Source: an uncultured Acidimicrobiia bacterium (GTDB lineage Bacteria; Actinomycetota; Acidimicrobiia; IMCC26256; PALSA-555). Taken from it: DNA of 64,000 nucleotides. A model generated the notes under the pieces. That model was not told where the DNA came from, ran no database searches, and was given only the letters and a program-made list of their open reading frames with translations. Where the stretch lies: positions 175,503 to 239,502 of the forward strand of contig CAVRGH010000003.1 in NCBI GenBank assembly GCA_963720675.1, in the 5' to 3' direction. Position 1 is the first letter of the stretch. Each line of letters starts with the position of its first letter. The translations under genes and the position numbers were made by a program. Positions 46,821-55,694 of this stretch are shown piece after piece.

Positions 46821-47963
46821 GTGGGGGACGTGAGCGACGGCGGCGCGAGCATCCCGCCGAACTGCAGCACCGAGGACGCCGCTGACTCGCCCGTCGAGGA
46901 GCACGACGTCGCCGAGGTGACGCTCGTGGCCCGTGGCATCGCCACCGCGGTCGCGCCCGACGACGGGCTCACGACGCTCCAGGCCGAGCTCCTCGCCGCG
47001 ATCGCCACCGCGCTCACCGGGGTCTCGGTCGACTACCTCACGCTGGCACCGCTCGGCCCCGACGAGCTGGCCGACGTCCTCGCCGACCGCGATCTCGTCT
47101 ACCGCCAGCGCATCGTCCACCACATGGTGCTCGGCGAGCTGGTGCTCCGCCCGATCCCCACGGTCGTGGCGCACCGCGTCGCGAAGTACGCACAGGCACT
47201 CGGCGTGCAGGACGACTTCGTGCGGGTCGCGCGCCGGTACGCGCAGGGCGCGTTCGGTCTCGCCTGGATGGATCTCCAGCGCAGTGGGTTCGTCGAGCAC
47301 GTCCAGGAGGCAGGCGGCGAAGCGGTGCACCCGCAGACGGCGGCCGCACCGTTCGAACCCGCACGCGTCGACCCCGAGCTCGCGGCGCGGTGGGCCGCGT
47401 TCGAGGAGCTGCCCGCGGGCACGCTCGGGCGTTCCGTCTGGGAGCTCTACGACAGCCGAGGCTTCGCGCTGCCGGGCACTCCCGGTGGTGCCCCCGAGTA
47501 CCTCACTCAGCACGACTTCGTGCACATCCTTGCCGACTACGGCACCAACCTGAAGGGTGAGCTCGAGGTGTTCACCTTCATCGGGCGCGCCGATCCCGAC
47601 CCGAAGGGCTTCGCCTGGCTCGCGACCCTCATCGGGCTCTTCGAGACGGGTTACATCGAGGACACCGGCTTCTTCGAACGCGACGTGCACGAGCGCAACA
47701 TCCAGGCGCCCGGGATGCACCAGCGGATCGCCGACGCGATCCGACGCGGCAAGGTCGTGAGTCAGACGTGTGGCATCGACCTGTTCGAAGTCGACTACCA
47801 CGCGGTCGCCCACCAGCACGTCGACGAGGTGTGTGTGACGCTCGGAATCCCGAGCAAGTCGGCCGATGCACTCGAGGGTGGGTCAGCCGGCGCGTTCGAC
47901 CTCGCGGGCATGTCGGAGATCCAGCGCCGCTACGTGGAGCAACGCCAGGGAGAGAGCACGTGA
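46821..47963 (+). CDS. hypothetical protein with C-terminal Coq4-like domain
   Basis: GTG 46821 follows a GGAGGTGG Shine-Dalgarno. The C-terminal half carries HDFVHILADYGTNLKGE, which fits the Coq4-family H-D-x-x-H-x11-E metal motif. The N-terminal half was not recognised. Confidence 0.6.
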   Translation: MGDVSDGGASIPPNCSTEDAADSPVEEHDVAEVTLVARGIATAVAPDDGLTTLQAELLAAIATALTGVSVDYLTLAPLGPDELADVLADRDLVYRQRIVHHMVLGELVLRPIPTVVAHRVAKYAQALGVQDDFVRVARRYAQGAFGLAWMDLQRSGFVEHVQEAGGEAVHPQTAAAPFEPARVDPELAARWAAFEELPAGTLGRSVWELYDSRGFALPGTPGGAPEYLTQHDFVHILADYGTNLKGELEVFTFIGRADPDPKGFAWLATLIGLFETGYIEDTGFFERDVHERNIQAPGMHQRIADAIRRGKVVSQTCGIDLFEVDYHAVAHQHVDEVCVTLGIPSKSADALEGGSAGAFDLAGMSEIQRRYVEQRQGEST

Positions 47964-48292
47964 AGCGCAACGTGAACTTCTGCCAGACGATCACCGTGCA
48001 GTGCGACGATCCCGCGGTCCTGCTCGAGCTGATCGAGGGGTGGGATCGCCAGCAGGCGAACGCCGACATCATGGGGTACATGGGGAGCCGGCTCCTCGAG
48101 GACCGTGAGATCCCCGGTCGGTACGTGATCGTCGCCGACTTCGGCGTCGTCGACCCCGACGTCTCCGCGGCCGAAGAGGCGCAGCGCAACAACGATCGGC
48201 CCGAGACCCACGCCTGGGGCGAAAGGCTGCGCGCGGCGATCCAGGGTGAACCCGAGTTCCACGACTACGACGAGCTGTACCGCACGGGCTGA
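47960..48292 (+). CDS. hypothetical small protein (110 aa)
   Basis: GTG 47960 overlaps the upstream stop (GTGA). The protein begins VKRNVNFCQTITVQCDDPAVLLELIEGWDRQQ.... Codons are GC3-rich. No family was recognised. Confidence 0.6.
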   Translation: MKRNVNFCQTITVQCDDPAVLLELIEGWDRQQANADIMGYMGSRLLEDREIPGRYVIVADFGVVDPDVSAAEEAQRNNDRPETHAWGERLRAAIQGEPEFHDYDELYRTG

Positions 48293-48306
48293 CGAGAGGG
48301 GCTCGC

Positions 48307-48883
48307 ATGGCCGAGCTCACAGCATTGTTCCGCACGGCGGTCGAGGGCTTCGGTCGCCTCGTGCACGCCGTCGGCGCGGGGCAGTGGCACGACCCGACGC
48401 CCGACACCGAGTGGGACGTGCGGACCCTCGTGAACCACGTCACCGTCGAGCAGCTCTGGGTGCCGCTCCTCCTGCAGGGCTCGTCGGTCGCCGAGGTGGG
48501 TGACCGCCTCGCCGGCGATCAGCTCGGTGACGACCCCGCGGTGACGTGGCAGCGGGCCGTGCAGGCGTCGCTCACCGCGTTCACGGCCGACGGTGCCCTC
48601 GACGCCACCGTCGCGCTCGCGGGCGGCGAGCAGCCCGCCGCCGCGTACTGCTGGGAGATGACGACCGACGCGCTCATCCACTCGTGGGACCTCGCTCGCG
48701 GGATCGGTGCCGACGACACCCTGGACCCGCAGCTCGCGAGCCTCGTGTACGAGCGGACCCTCCCCGTCGCGCGAGCACCTTCAGGAGACCGGGTTGTTCG
48801 CACCCCCGGTTCCGGTGCCCGACGACGCTCCGCTGCAGATCAGGGTGCTCGCCATCTTCGGGCGCGACGCGAGGACCGCGTAG
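48307..48883 (+). pseudogene. DinB/mycothiol-dependent maleylpyruvate isomerase N-terminal-domain family protein (TIGR03086-like), 1-nt frame disruption near 48770
   Basis: The protein begins MAELTALFRTAVEGFGRLVHAVGAGQWHDPTPDTEWDVRTLVNHV.... After LVYERTLPVA, removing one C gives EHLQETGLFAPPVPVPDDAPLQIRVLAIFGRDARTA with a TAG stop at 48881. Confidence 0.75.
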
Positions 48884-48911
48884 AGTTCGCGGCCGCTGAG
48901 CAGGAGACGAG

Positions 48912-49753
48912 ATGCCGCCCGAGATCGCGAACCCGGACATGGTCGCCGCCTGGAACGGTGACGAGGGTTGCGAGTGGGCACGCGACTGGGAGCACTACGA
49001 CCGCGGCTTCCGTGGGTACCACCTGCTGCTGCTCGATGCCGCGGCGGTGGTCGACGGCGAGCGTGTGCTCGACATCGGTTGCGGCAACGGGGAGTCGACC
49101 CGCGCCGCCGCCCGCGCCACCCCGGCGGTGCCGCGCTCGGGGCTGACATCTCGTCGCCGATGATCGAGCGGGCGCGGGCGATCGCCGAGGCAGAGGGGAT
49201 CACGAACGCCCGGTTCGAGGTCGCCGACGCCCAGGTACACCCGTTCGAAGAGCATCACGACCTCGTGCTGAGCCGTTTCGGGGCGATGTTCTTCGCGGAC
49301 CCCGAGGCGGCGTTCGCCAACATCGGTCGGTCCCTGCGCCCGAGCGGGCGCGTCGCGCTCGTCGCCTGGCAGGGCCTGGCGGAGAACGAGTGGCTCCAGA
49401 CGATCCGCGGCACCCTCGCGCGTGGACGAGATCTGCCGTCGCCGCCCCATGGGATCCCCGGCCCCTTCGGCCTCGCCGACCCCGACCGCGTCGTCGAGCT
49501 CCTGACCGGCGCCGGGTTCGCGGACATCGAGATCACGGACGCACGCGAACGGTTCTGGGCCGGCGCGAACGCGGAGGATGCCTTCACGTTCGTCAGTGGC
49601 ACCGGTCCGGCCCGCGGGCTGCTCCAGGGGCTCGAGCCCGATGACCAGGCGAGTGGGCTCGAAGCCCTGCGCGCTGCGCTCGCCACCCATGACACCGGCG
49701 ACGGCGTGTACCTCGACTCCGCCGCCTGGCTCATCACCGCCCACCAGCCCTGA
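48912..49753 (+). pseudogene. class I SAM-dependent methyltransferase, 1-nt frame disruption near 49127
   Basis: ORF 48912..49163 (...VLDIGCGNGESTRAAARATPA) joins ORF 48968..49753 (GAALGADISSPMIERARAIAE...LVLSRFGAMFF...GRVALVAW) once one base is removed. Confidence 0.8.
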
Positions 49754-49765
49754 CCCCCCACTTCT

Positions 49766-49811
49766 GGAAGCGTTGCTCACCCGCCTCTGCGGGGGTGAGC
49801 AACGCAGGTCC
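49766..49811 (+). repeat. 46-nt REP-like hairpin element, copy 3
   Basis: Sequence: ggaagcgttgctcaccc-gcctctgcg-ggggtgagcaacgcaggtcc. It lies between convergent genes. Confidence 0.8.
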
Positions 49812-49844
49812 GACGGCATTGGTGTTTCGACGCCTGCACGCCGG

Positions 49845-50738
49845 TCAGTGGCGCGGCGTCAGGGACGTCAGCGCGAAGTCCGTCGTCTCCTGGTAGTCGA
49901 TCGATCCGATCGGCGACGACGTGGCGACCGAGATCGTGTGGCGCTCCCGCAGCGGCAGGCCGTCGGGTGCGAACCACACGTCTGCGAGCAAGGTCCCGTC
50001 CTGCCCACCCGAGATCTCGCGTCGCTGCACGAGGTGGTACGCGGACACCCGCTCCTTGCCGACGCGCACCTTCTCGATCCCGATGAAGCGCATCGGCCCG
50101 GTCGAGATGGTCGTGCCCGCGATCGAGTCGTTCTTCCCGGTGCAGGTCTGGAGCCATTCGTCGCCCGGCTGCATGCCGGCGATGAGCGTCCTGGACGACT
50201 TGCACCTGAACGTGGAGTGGTTGTCGATGGTCGACACGCCGAGGTCCCATCGCTGGAACGTGCGCCCGCCGCGCTCCTGGAGTCCGCCGTCCCGCGCGCA
50301 GTACTCCCAGTCCTCCCAGTGGTTGGAGCTGTAGTCGATGCGGAACGTCCAGCAGCCGTCGGAGGTGTGCGTCACCGTGCCGGGCATGCCGGGCCCGTGG
50401 TCCTGCGTGAGCGGCGGGGTGGAGAGGTGGTCGGAGCCGTGGCCCTGGTACCGGTAGACCCCTTCGGCCGGCGTGAGTGGCGCGCCCCCCTGCGCGGGGC
50501 CGCGGTGGTTGCGTTCGAACCGCTTGCTCGCATCCGCGAGCGACACCGGCGTCGCGTCCTCGCGCAGCCAACCCCAGGCGAAGTAACCCAGCGCCACCAC
50601 CACCACGCCGGCGAGGGCGACGGCGATCAGCCTGCGTCGGCGCTTCGGGTGTCGCCCCGGGGGAGCGGCGGCCTCCTCGGTCGGCGAGTCGGCAGTACTC
50701 GTGGCCCGGCCCATGGCTGCTCCCCCCTCGGTGCGCAA
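49845..50738 (-). CDS. hypothetical membrane-anchored protein
   Basis: 297 aa with one TM helix (LIAVALAGVVVVALGYFAWGW) and a ~220-aa Cys-containing extracytoplasmic domain. No family was recognised. The start could be the internal ATG at 50714. Confidence 0.6.
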   Translation of the reverse strand: MRTEGGAAMGRATSTADSPTEEAAAPPGRHPKRRRRLIAVALAGVVVVALGYFAWGWLREDATPVSLADASKRFERNHRGPAQGGAPLTPAEGVYRYQGHGSDHLSTPPLTQDHGPGMPGTVTHTSDGCWTFRIDYSSNHWEDWEYCARDGGLQERGGRTFQRWDLGVSTIDNHSTFRCKSSRTLIAGMQPGDEWLQTCTGKNDSIAGTTISTGPMRFIGIEKVRVGKERVSAYHLVQRREISGGQDGTLLADVWFAPDGLPLRERHTISVATSSPIGSIDYQETTDFALTSLTPRH

Positions 50739-50783
50739 GATACGGCCGAGCGCGGCCAGCGGCCAGGGTCCTTGGTCCCCCCG

Positions 50784-51176
50784 TCAGCGGCGGGGGAACG
50801 ACGCGTCGAGCGACGTGATCACCTGCTCGAGCTTCGCGGCCGCCTCACCGGCGAGGCCGGTGAACGACGGGTCGTTCATGAGCTCGCGGGGATCGACGAT
50901 CGCGACGTGCGTGCCGCCCTCGGCCGCCTCGATCACGACGTTGCAGGGGAGCACGAGGCTGACCGTCGGGTCGATCTCCAGCGCACGGTGGGCGAACTGC
51001 GGATTGCATGCGCCGAGGATCTTGAGCGGCTCGCGTTCGACGCCGATCTTGGCGCGAAGGGTCGCGGCGACGTCGATCTCGGTGAGCACCCCGAAGCCCT
51101 GTGCCTGGAGGGCATCGCGCGTGACCGCCTCGACCTCCTCGACGGGTGCCGCGACCGTCGTCTCGAACGCCTGCAT
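50784..51176 (-). CDS. DUF302 domain protein
   Basis: ATG 51176 gives MQAFETTVAAPVEEVEAVTRDALQAQGFGVLTEIDVAATLRAKIG...KILGACNP...LPCNVVI, which is typical of DUF302. Confidence 0.8.
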   Translation of the reverse strand: MQAFETTVAAPVEEVEAVTRDALQAQGFGVLTEIDVAATLRAKIGVEREPLKILGACNPQFAHRALEIDPTVSLVLPCNVVIEAAEGGTHVAIVDPRELMNDPSFTGLAGEAAAKLEQVITSLDASFPRR

Positions 51177-51186
51177 GATCTGCTCC

Positions 51187-51516
51187 TCAGCCTTCGACCG
51201 GCGCGAGCCCGAGGTCGGCCTCGATGAGGTGACGGGGCTTGGCGCCGACCGACGCCGCGACGGGCTTCCCGTCACGGAACAAGGCGATCGTCGGGATGCC
51301 GGAGATCCCGAAGCGCCGGGCGACGCCCGGGGCGGCGTCGACGTCGACCTTCACGACCTTCACCGCGTCACCGTGCGCGGCGGCGAGCGCCTCGAGCTCG
51401 GGCGCGACCTGGCGGCAGGGGCCGCACCACTCGGCCCAGAAGTCGACGACCACCGGGACGGAGGCGTCGAGCACCTCGTGATCGAAGGTTGCGTCGTCAG
51501 CGTGGAGCACGGTCAT
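51187..51516 (-). CDS. trxA: thioredoxin
   Basis: 109 aa with the active site VDFWAEWCGPCR and the cis-Pro region GIPT. Confidence 0.9.
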   Translation of the reverse strand: MTVLHADDATFDHEVLDASVPVVVDFWAEWCGPCRQVAPELEALAAAHGDAVKVVKVDVDAAPGVARRFGISGIPTIALFRDGKPVAASVGAKPRHLIEADLGLAPVEG

Positions 51517-51564
51517 CGGGGGCCTCCTCGGCCTGGGAGTCTGGATCCGCTCTCCGAGACAACG

Positions 51565-51580
51565 ATACCCCTAGGGGTAT
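51565..51580. promoter_or_regulatory. perfect 16-bp palindrome ATACCCCTAGGGGTAT, candidate CsoR/RcnR(DUF156)-family operator
   Basis: It sits in the 116-bp divergent intergenic region between trxA (start 51516) and the WS/DGAT gene (start 51633). A G/C tract interrupted by TA and flanked by an ATA/TAT inverted repeat matches the general architecture of CsoR-family sites. Confidence 0.45.
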
Positions 51581-51632
51581 TATTCCCGGACGGCGCCGGG
51601 CCGGTCGCCGGCTGCCCCGTAGCATCCGAGGA

Positions 51633-53060
51633 GTGACACGAGCCGAGGACGACGCCCGGCCGCACGCGGTCCATGGGGTCGACGCCGCGTTCCTGCACAC
51701 CGGGACCCGCAGCACGCCGTGGCAGATCGTGGGCGTGCTCGTGTTCGACCCGTCGACCGCTCCGGCCGGCTTCGACCGGAGCGTGGTCGCACGGGTGGTC
51801 GGCGACCGGATCGAGCACCTCGAGGCCTTTCGCCGTCGAGTCGTCGACGTGCGCGGCCCGTGGTCGCTCCCGCACTGGGTGCTCGAGCACACCGTCGACC
51901 TCGCCGAGCACGTGCGTGGCGCCGAGCTCCCGACACTCGACGGCCTCGAAGGGCTCAGCGCGTTCGCCGCCGAGACCGCAGGGCTGCCACTCGCGACGGA
52001 TCGCCCCCTCTGGGAGATGGACGTGATCCCGGACATCGGTGACGGTCGGTCCGCCGTCGTCGCCAAGGTGCACCACAGCATCATGGACGGGACGGCCGCA
52101 GTCGAGGTCCTCGGCGCGCTGTTCGACCTCGAGCCGCGCGAGCCGCCACCGCGGCTCGATCCCGAACCGCAAACCGAGTCAGCCGGTCTGAACCTCGGCG
52201 CACTGCTGCGGACCCTCGAGCGGCTCCCGGTCGTGACCGCGCGCACGGTCGCGCAGCTTCCGCGGGCCACGTTCGGCTTCGTGCGCGCGTTGCGCGTCGC
52301 CGGCAGATCCGTGACCCTCCCGCTGACCGGACCCCGGACGTCGCTGAGCCGTTCGATCACGGCGAGCCGCAGCGTGGTGCTCACGACCCTCCCCCTCGCC
52401 GACGTTCGAGAGGTCGCGGAGTCCTTCCGGCTCACGGTCAACGACGTGATCGTGAGCACCTGCGCCGGCGCGCTGCGGTCGTGGCTGCACGAAGCCGGTG
52501 AGCTCCCGACGCGTCCCCTGGTCGCGGCGATCCCCGTCGCGGTGCGCGACAGGGGAGACCACCGCTCCGGCAATCGGGTGTCGGTCATCTTCTCGGCGCT
52601 TCCCACGCATCTCGTCGATCCCGCCGAGCGAATCGACGCCGTCCGGCGCGCGATGCGCGACGCGAAGGCGACCCATGCCGACGTCCGTCCCCAGACGCTC
52701 GGAGCACTCGCCGAAGCCGCGCCCTGGAACCTTCTCGGGCTCATGTTCCGCGCGTACTCGGACTTCGGACTCGCGAACGTGCTGCCGCCCGCCGTGAACC
52801 TCGTGCTCTCGAACGTCCCCGGGCCTCCGGTCCCCGTCTACCTCGGCGGCGCGCGCCTCGAAGGGCTGTACGCACTCGGGCCGATCTTCGACGGTGCTGC
52901 GCTCAACATCACCGTCACGACGTGCAACGACGACGTCGACGTCGGCATCGTGTCCTGCCCCGACGTCGCACCCCCAGTCGATGGGCTGGTTCCGGCACTC
53001 GAGGCGTCGCTCGCCGAGCTCGTCGCACTCGCGCGCGTCCCGGCGCATCCCGACGCCTGA
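51633..53060 (+). CDS. wax ester synthase / diacylglycerol O-acyltransferase (WS/DGAT)
   Basis: GTG 51633 follows a GAGGAG Shine-Dalgarno. It has the catalytic motif HHSIMDG (HHxxxDG) and, further on, NVPGP and GPIFDGAALNITV. Confidence 0.9.
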   Translation: MTRAEDDARPHAVHGVDAAFLHTGTRSTPWQIVGVLVFDPSTAPAGFDRSVVARVVGDRIEHLEAFRRRVVDVRGPWSLPHWVLEHTVDLAEHVRGAELPTLDGLEGLSAFAAETAGLPLATDRPLWEMDVIPDIGDGRSAVVAKVHHSIMDGTAAVEVLGALFDLEPREPPPRLDPEPQTESAGLNLGALLRTLERLPVVTARTVAQLPRATFGFVRALRVAGRSVTLPLTGPRTSLSRSITASRSVVLTTLPLADVREVAESFRLTVNDVIVSTCAGALRSWLHEAGELPTRPLVAAIPVAVRDRGDHRSGNRVSVIFSALPTHLVDPAERIDAVRRAMRDAKATHADVRPQTLGALAEAAPWNLLGLMFRAYSDFGLANVLPPAVNLVLSNVPGPPVPVYLGGARLEGLYALGPIFDGAALNITVTTCNDDVDVGIVSCPDVAPPVDGLVPALEASLAELVALARVPAHPDA

Positions 53061-53152
53061 ATCCCCGAAGACGGGACTTCCGACCCTGGTCCGTGGCACA
53101 CCGAGTCCGTACGGTCGAGGGACCACGTCGCGTCCGAGGTGAGGAGATCGCG

Positions 53153-54196
53153 ATGAAGGCACTCGTGTACCACGGTCCTGGTGAGAAGGCCTGGGAGGAG
53201 GTGCCCGAGCCGGCCATCGTCGACGACACCGACGCGATCGTCCGGGTCGACGCCACGACCATCTGCGGTACCGACCTGCACATCCTCAAGGGCGACCTTC
53301 CCACGGTCACCGACGGGCGGATCCTCGGCCACGAGGCCGTCGGGACCGTCGAGTCGGTCGGCGCCGGCGTGAAGAACGTCGCCGTCGGGGATCGGGTCCT
53401 CGTCTCGTGCATCACCGCGTGTGGGGCCTGCCGGTTCTGCCGCGAGGGCCGGTACGGCCAGTGCCTCGGCGGCGGCGGCTGGATCCTGGGCAACCTGATC
53501 GACGGCACCCAGGCCGAACACGTTCGAGTGCCGTTCGCCGACACGTCCACCTACCCGGTCCCCGAAGGTGTGTCCGACGAGCAGATCCTGATGCTCGCCG
53601 ACATCCTGCCGACCGGGTACGAGGTCGGGGTCCTCAACGGGGGCGTCGAGCCCGGTGACGTGGTCGCGGTCGTCGGCGCAGGCCCGATCGGCCTGTCCGC
53701 GATCATGGGGGCGCGGCTCTTCAGCCCCAGCCACGTCGTCGCGATCGACCTCGCCGACAGTCGCCTCGAGGCGGCCAAGCAGTTCGGCGCCGACATCACC
53801 ATCAACAACGGCCGCGAGGATGCACTCGCGATCGTTCGGGAGCTGACCGACGGGTTGGGTGCGGACGTTGCGATCGAAGCCGTGGGCGTCCCGGCGACGT
53901 TCGAGCTGGCGGCCACGCTGGCCCGCCCGGGCGGTCACATCGCGAACATCGGCGTGCACGGTGAGCCGGTGACGCTCCATCTCGAAGAGCTGTGGACCCG
54001 CGACGTGACGATCACGACCGGCCTCGTCGACACCTTCTCCACGCCGACGCTGCTGCGACTCGTCACCGGACACCAGGTCGAAGCCGACCGCTTCGTCACC
54101 CACCACTTCAGCCTCGACCAGTTCGAGGAGGCCTACGACGTGTTCGGGCGAGCGGCCGACACCGGCGCGCTCAAGGTGGTGCTGACCCGAGCCTGA
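53153..54196 (+). CDS. zinc-dependent alcohol dehydrogenase (MDR family)
   Basis: ATG 53153 follows a GAGGAG Shine-Dalgarno and gives MKALVYHGPGE...CGTDLHILKG...GHEAVG...CGACRFCREGRYGQC...VVGAGPIGL. Confidence 0.9.
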   Translation: MKALVYHGPGEKAWEEVPEPAIVDDTDAIVRVDATTICGTDLHILKGDLPTVTDGRILGHEAVGTVESVGAGVKNVAVGDRVLVSCITACGACRFCREGRYGQCLGGGGWILGNLIDGTQAEHVRVPFADTSTYPVPEGVSDEQILMLADILPTGYEVGVLNGGVEPGDVVAVVGAGPIGLSAIMGARLFSPSHVVAIDLADSRLEAAKQFGADITINNGREDALAIVRELTDGLGADVAIEAVGVPATFELAATLARPGGHIANIGVHGEPVTLHLEELWTRDVTITTGLVDTFSTPTLLRLVTGHQVEADRFVTHHFSLDQFEEAYDVFGRAADTGALKVVLTRA

Positions 54197-54214
54197 TCAC
54201 CGCGCCCCAGATCT

Positions 54215-54260
54215 GGATGCGCTGCTCACCCGGCTCTGCCGGGGTGAGCAACGCAGGTCC
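54215..54260 (+). repeat. 46-nt REP-like hairpin element, copy 4
   Basis: Sequence: ggatgcgctgctcaccc-ggctctgcc-ggggtgagcaacgcaggtcc. It lies between convergent genes. Confidence 0.8.
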
Positions 54261-54280
54261 ACGGGTGCTGACGTTGGGCG

Positions 54281-55672
54281 TCAGGCGACCAGCCGTTCGA
54301 GGTTCTCGACGCCCGGGCCCGAGAACCGCAGGTACCGCCCCAGTGCGTCCCGCATCGCGGGCTCCCCGAGGTGCTCGTTCAGGGCGCGCGCGGCGTTGAG
54401 CCGGGCGCGGTCCAGCCAGTCGGAGATGTCGGGCTCGGCCAGCCACCGGACCAGGGCTCGCTGGTCGATGCAGACGTTCGGGATCCAGTCCATCGCCGTG
54501 CTCGGGTACGGGTTCGGTGGGCAGAGGCGGTTCTTCGCCGCGTCGTCGTCCCGCACTGCCTCGACGAATCCGATGAACGCGGCGTTGAAGGTCGGTTGGC
54601 TGGCGCGCACCTGCTGGATCGTGATCCGACCGGGCTCGAAGATGGGACGTGCCGCCATGACGCGAAGACCGGCTGCCGAGCAGTCGACGTAGACCTGACC
54701 GGGGTCACTCGGGATCGATCCGTCCTCCATCGTCACCTGGTCGGTGCCGATCGCTCGCACCCGTCCTTGGCGCACGACGTGCTCGATGCCCGACAGCTGC
54801 TCCACCTCGCTGCTGCTCATCGTCGCGGAGCGGTACATGGTCGGCTCGACGGTGCGGTCGAGGCGGACGAGCTGCTCGGCGTCCTCGAGGCGGTGGAAGA
54901 GGTCGTCGACGGACTCGGCCGCCGCCGCGGCCTCGAACATGCGCGCCCGACCCTCGATGAGGTCGTTCACGAGGTCCAGCGGCTGCGTGAACCGGCGGTC
55001 GAGGAACCAACCGTCGCGTGGGCGGATCCACCGGATCGCGTCGGGCGTCACGCCGCGGTCGAGGAGCCATGTGCACGCGTCCATCGCGGTCTTGCCGCTT
55101 CCGATGATGGTGAATCCCGTCGCGGGCTCCGCCAGGGTCACGAGAGCGTTGACCGACACGAAGCGGACCGCAGGATCCACCGTGAACGACGGCGTGTGCG
55201 TCGACGGCACCGGCGTCTCGAGGTACGTCGCATCGACGAGCTTGTGTCGCACCCGGACCGTGGTCTCCTCTCCGGTGAGGCGCGACACGAACCGGTGCTC
55301 GCCCGAGGAGTCGTCGGCCCGAGAGTGGGACATCCCGAAGAATCGCACCCGTCCCGACGGCAGGAAGTCCTCGGCGAGCACGTCCTGGAAGTAGGCGCAG
55401 ATCTCGGGAGCGGTCGCCCGCTCGTACATGCCGGCGTTCGGCCCCTCCTCGTCGATCGAATCGGTGCCGAGCACGCGTGAGTTGACGCCGTAGTAGGCGG
55501 ACGGCTGGTGCAGGCGCACGAACGGATACGCGTCGTTCCAGTGTCCGCCCGGACTGTGTCGACGATCGACCAGCACGACGTCGGCGTCGGAGTCGGTGAG
55601 CAGTGCGTCGGTGAACGCCATGCCCGCGGCGCCCGCGCCGACGACCAGGTAGTCCGTCTCGAGTGTGGTCAT
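54281..55672 (-). CDS. FAD/NAD(P)-binding oxidoreductase (flavin monooxygenase-like)
   Basis: ATG 55672 gives MTTLETDYLVVGAGAAGMAFTDALL...VVLVDRRHSPGGHWNDAYPF. A second dinucleotide motif, FTIIGSGKTAMDA, follows. Confidence 0.8.
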   Translation of the reverse strand: MTTLETDYLVVGAGAAGMAFTDALLTDSDADVVLVDRRHSPGGHWNDAYPFVRLHQPSAYYGVNSRVLGTDSIDEEGPNAGMYERATAPEICAYFQDVLAEDFLPSGRVRFFGMSHSRADDSSGEHRFVSRLTGEETTVRVRHKLVDATYLETPVPSTHTPSFTVDPAVRFVSVNALVTLAEPATGFTIIGSGKTAMDACTWLLDRGVTPDAIRWIRPRDGWFLDRRFTQPLDLVNDLIEGRARMFEAAAAAESVDDLFHRLEDAEQLVRLDRTVEPTMYRSATMSSSEVEQLSGIEHVVRQGRVRAIGTDQVTMEDGSIPSDPGQVYVDCSAAGLRVMAARPIFEPGRITIQQVRASQPTFNAAFIGFVEAVRDDDAAKNRLCPPNPYPSTAMDWIPNVCIDQRALVRWLAEPDISDWLDRARLNAARALNEHLGEPAMRDALGRYLRFSGPGVENLERLVA

Positions 55673-55694
55673 CGGCGCGACCCTCAGGGCTCGA

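Noticed and set aside
42740-47017. 1425-aa ORF on the minus strand, the longest ORF in the track
   Set aside because: It is an antisense shadow of the adhesin gene. It is Arg/Pro/Gly-rich and low in complexity, and it merely mirrors the plus-strand repeats. It has no recognisable domains. The plus-strand frame has clear domain structure and a signal-to-anchor logic.
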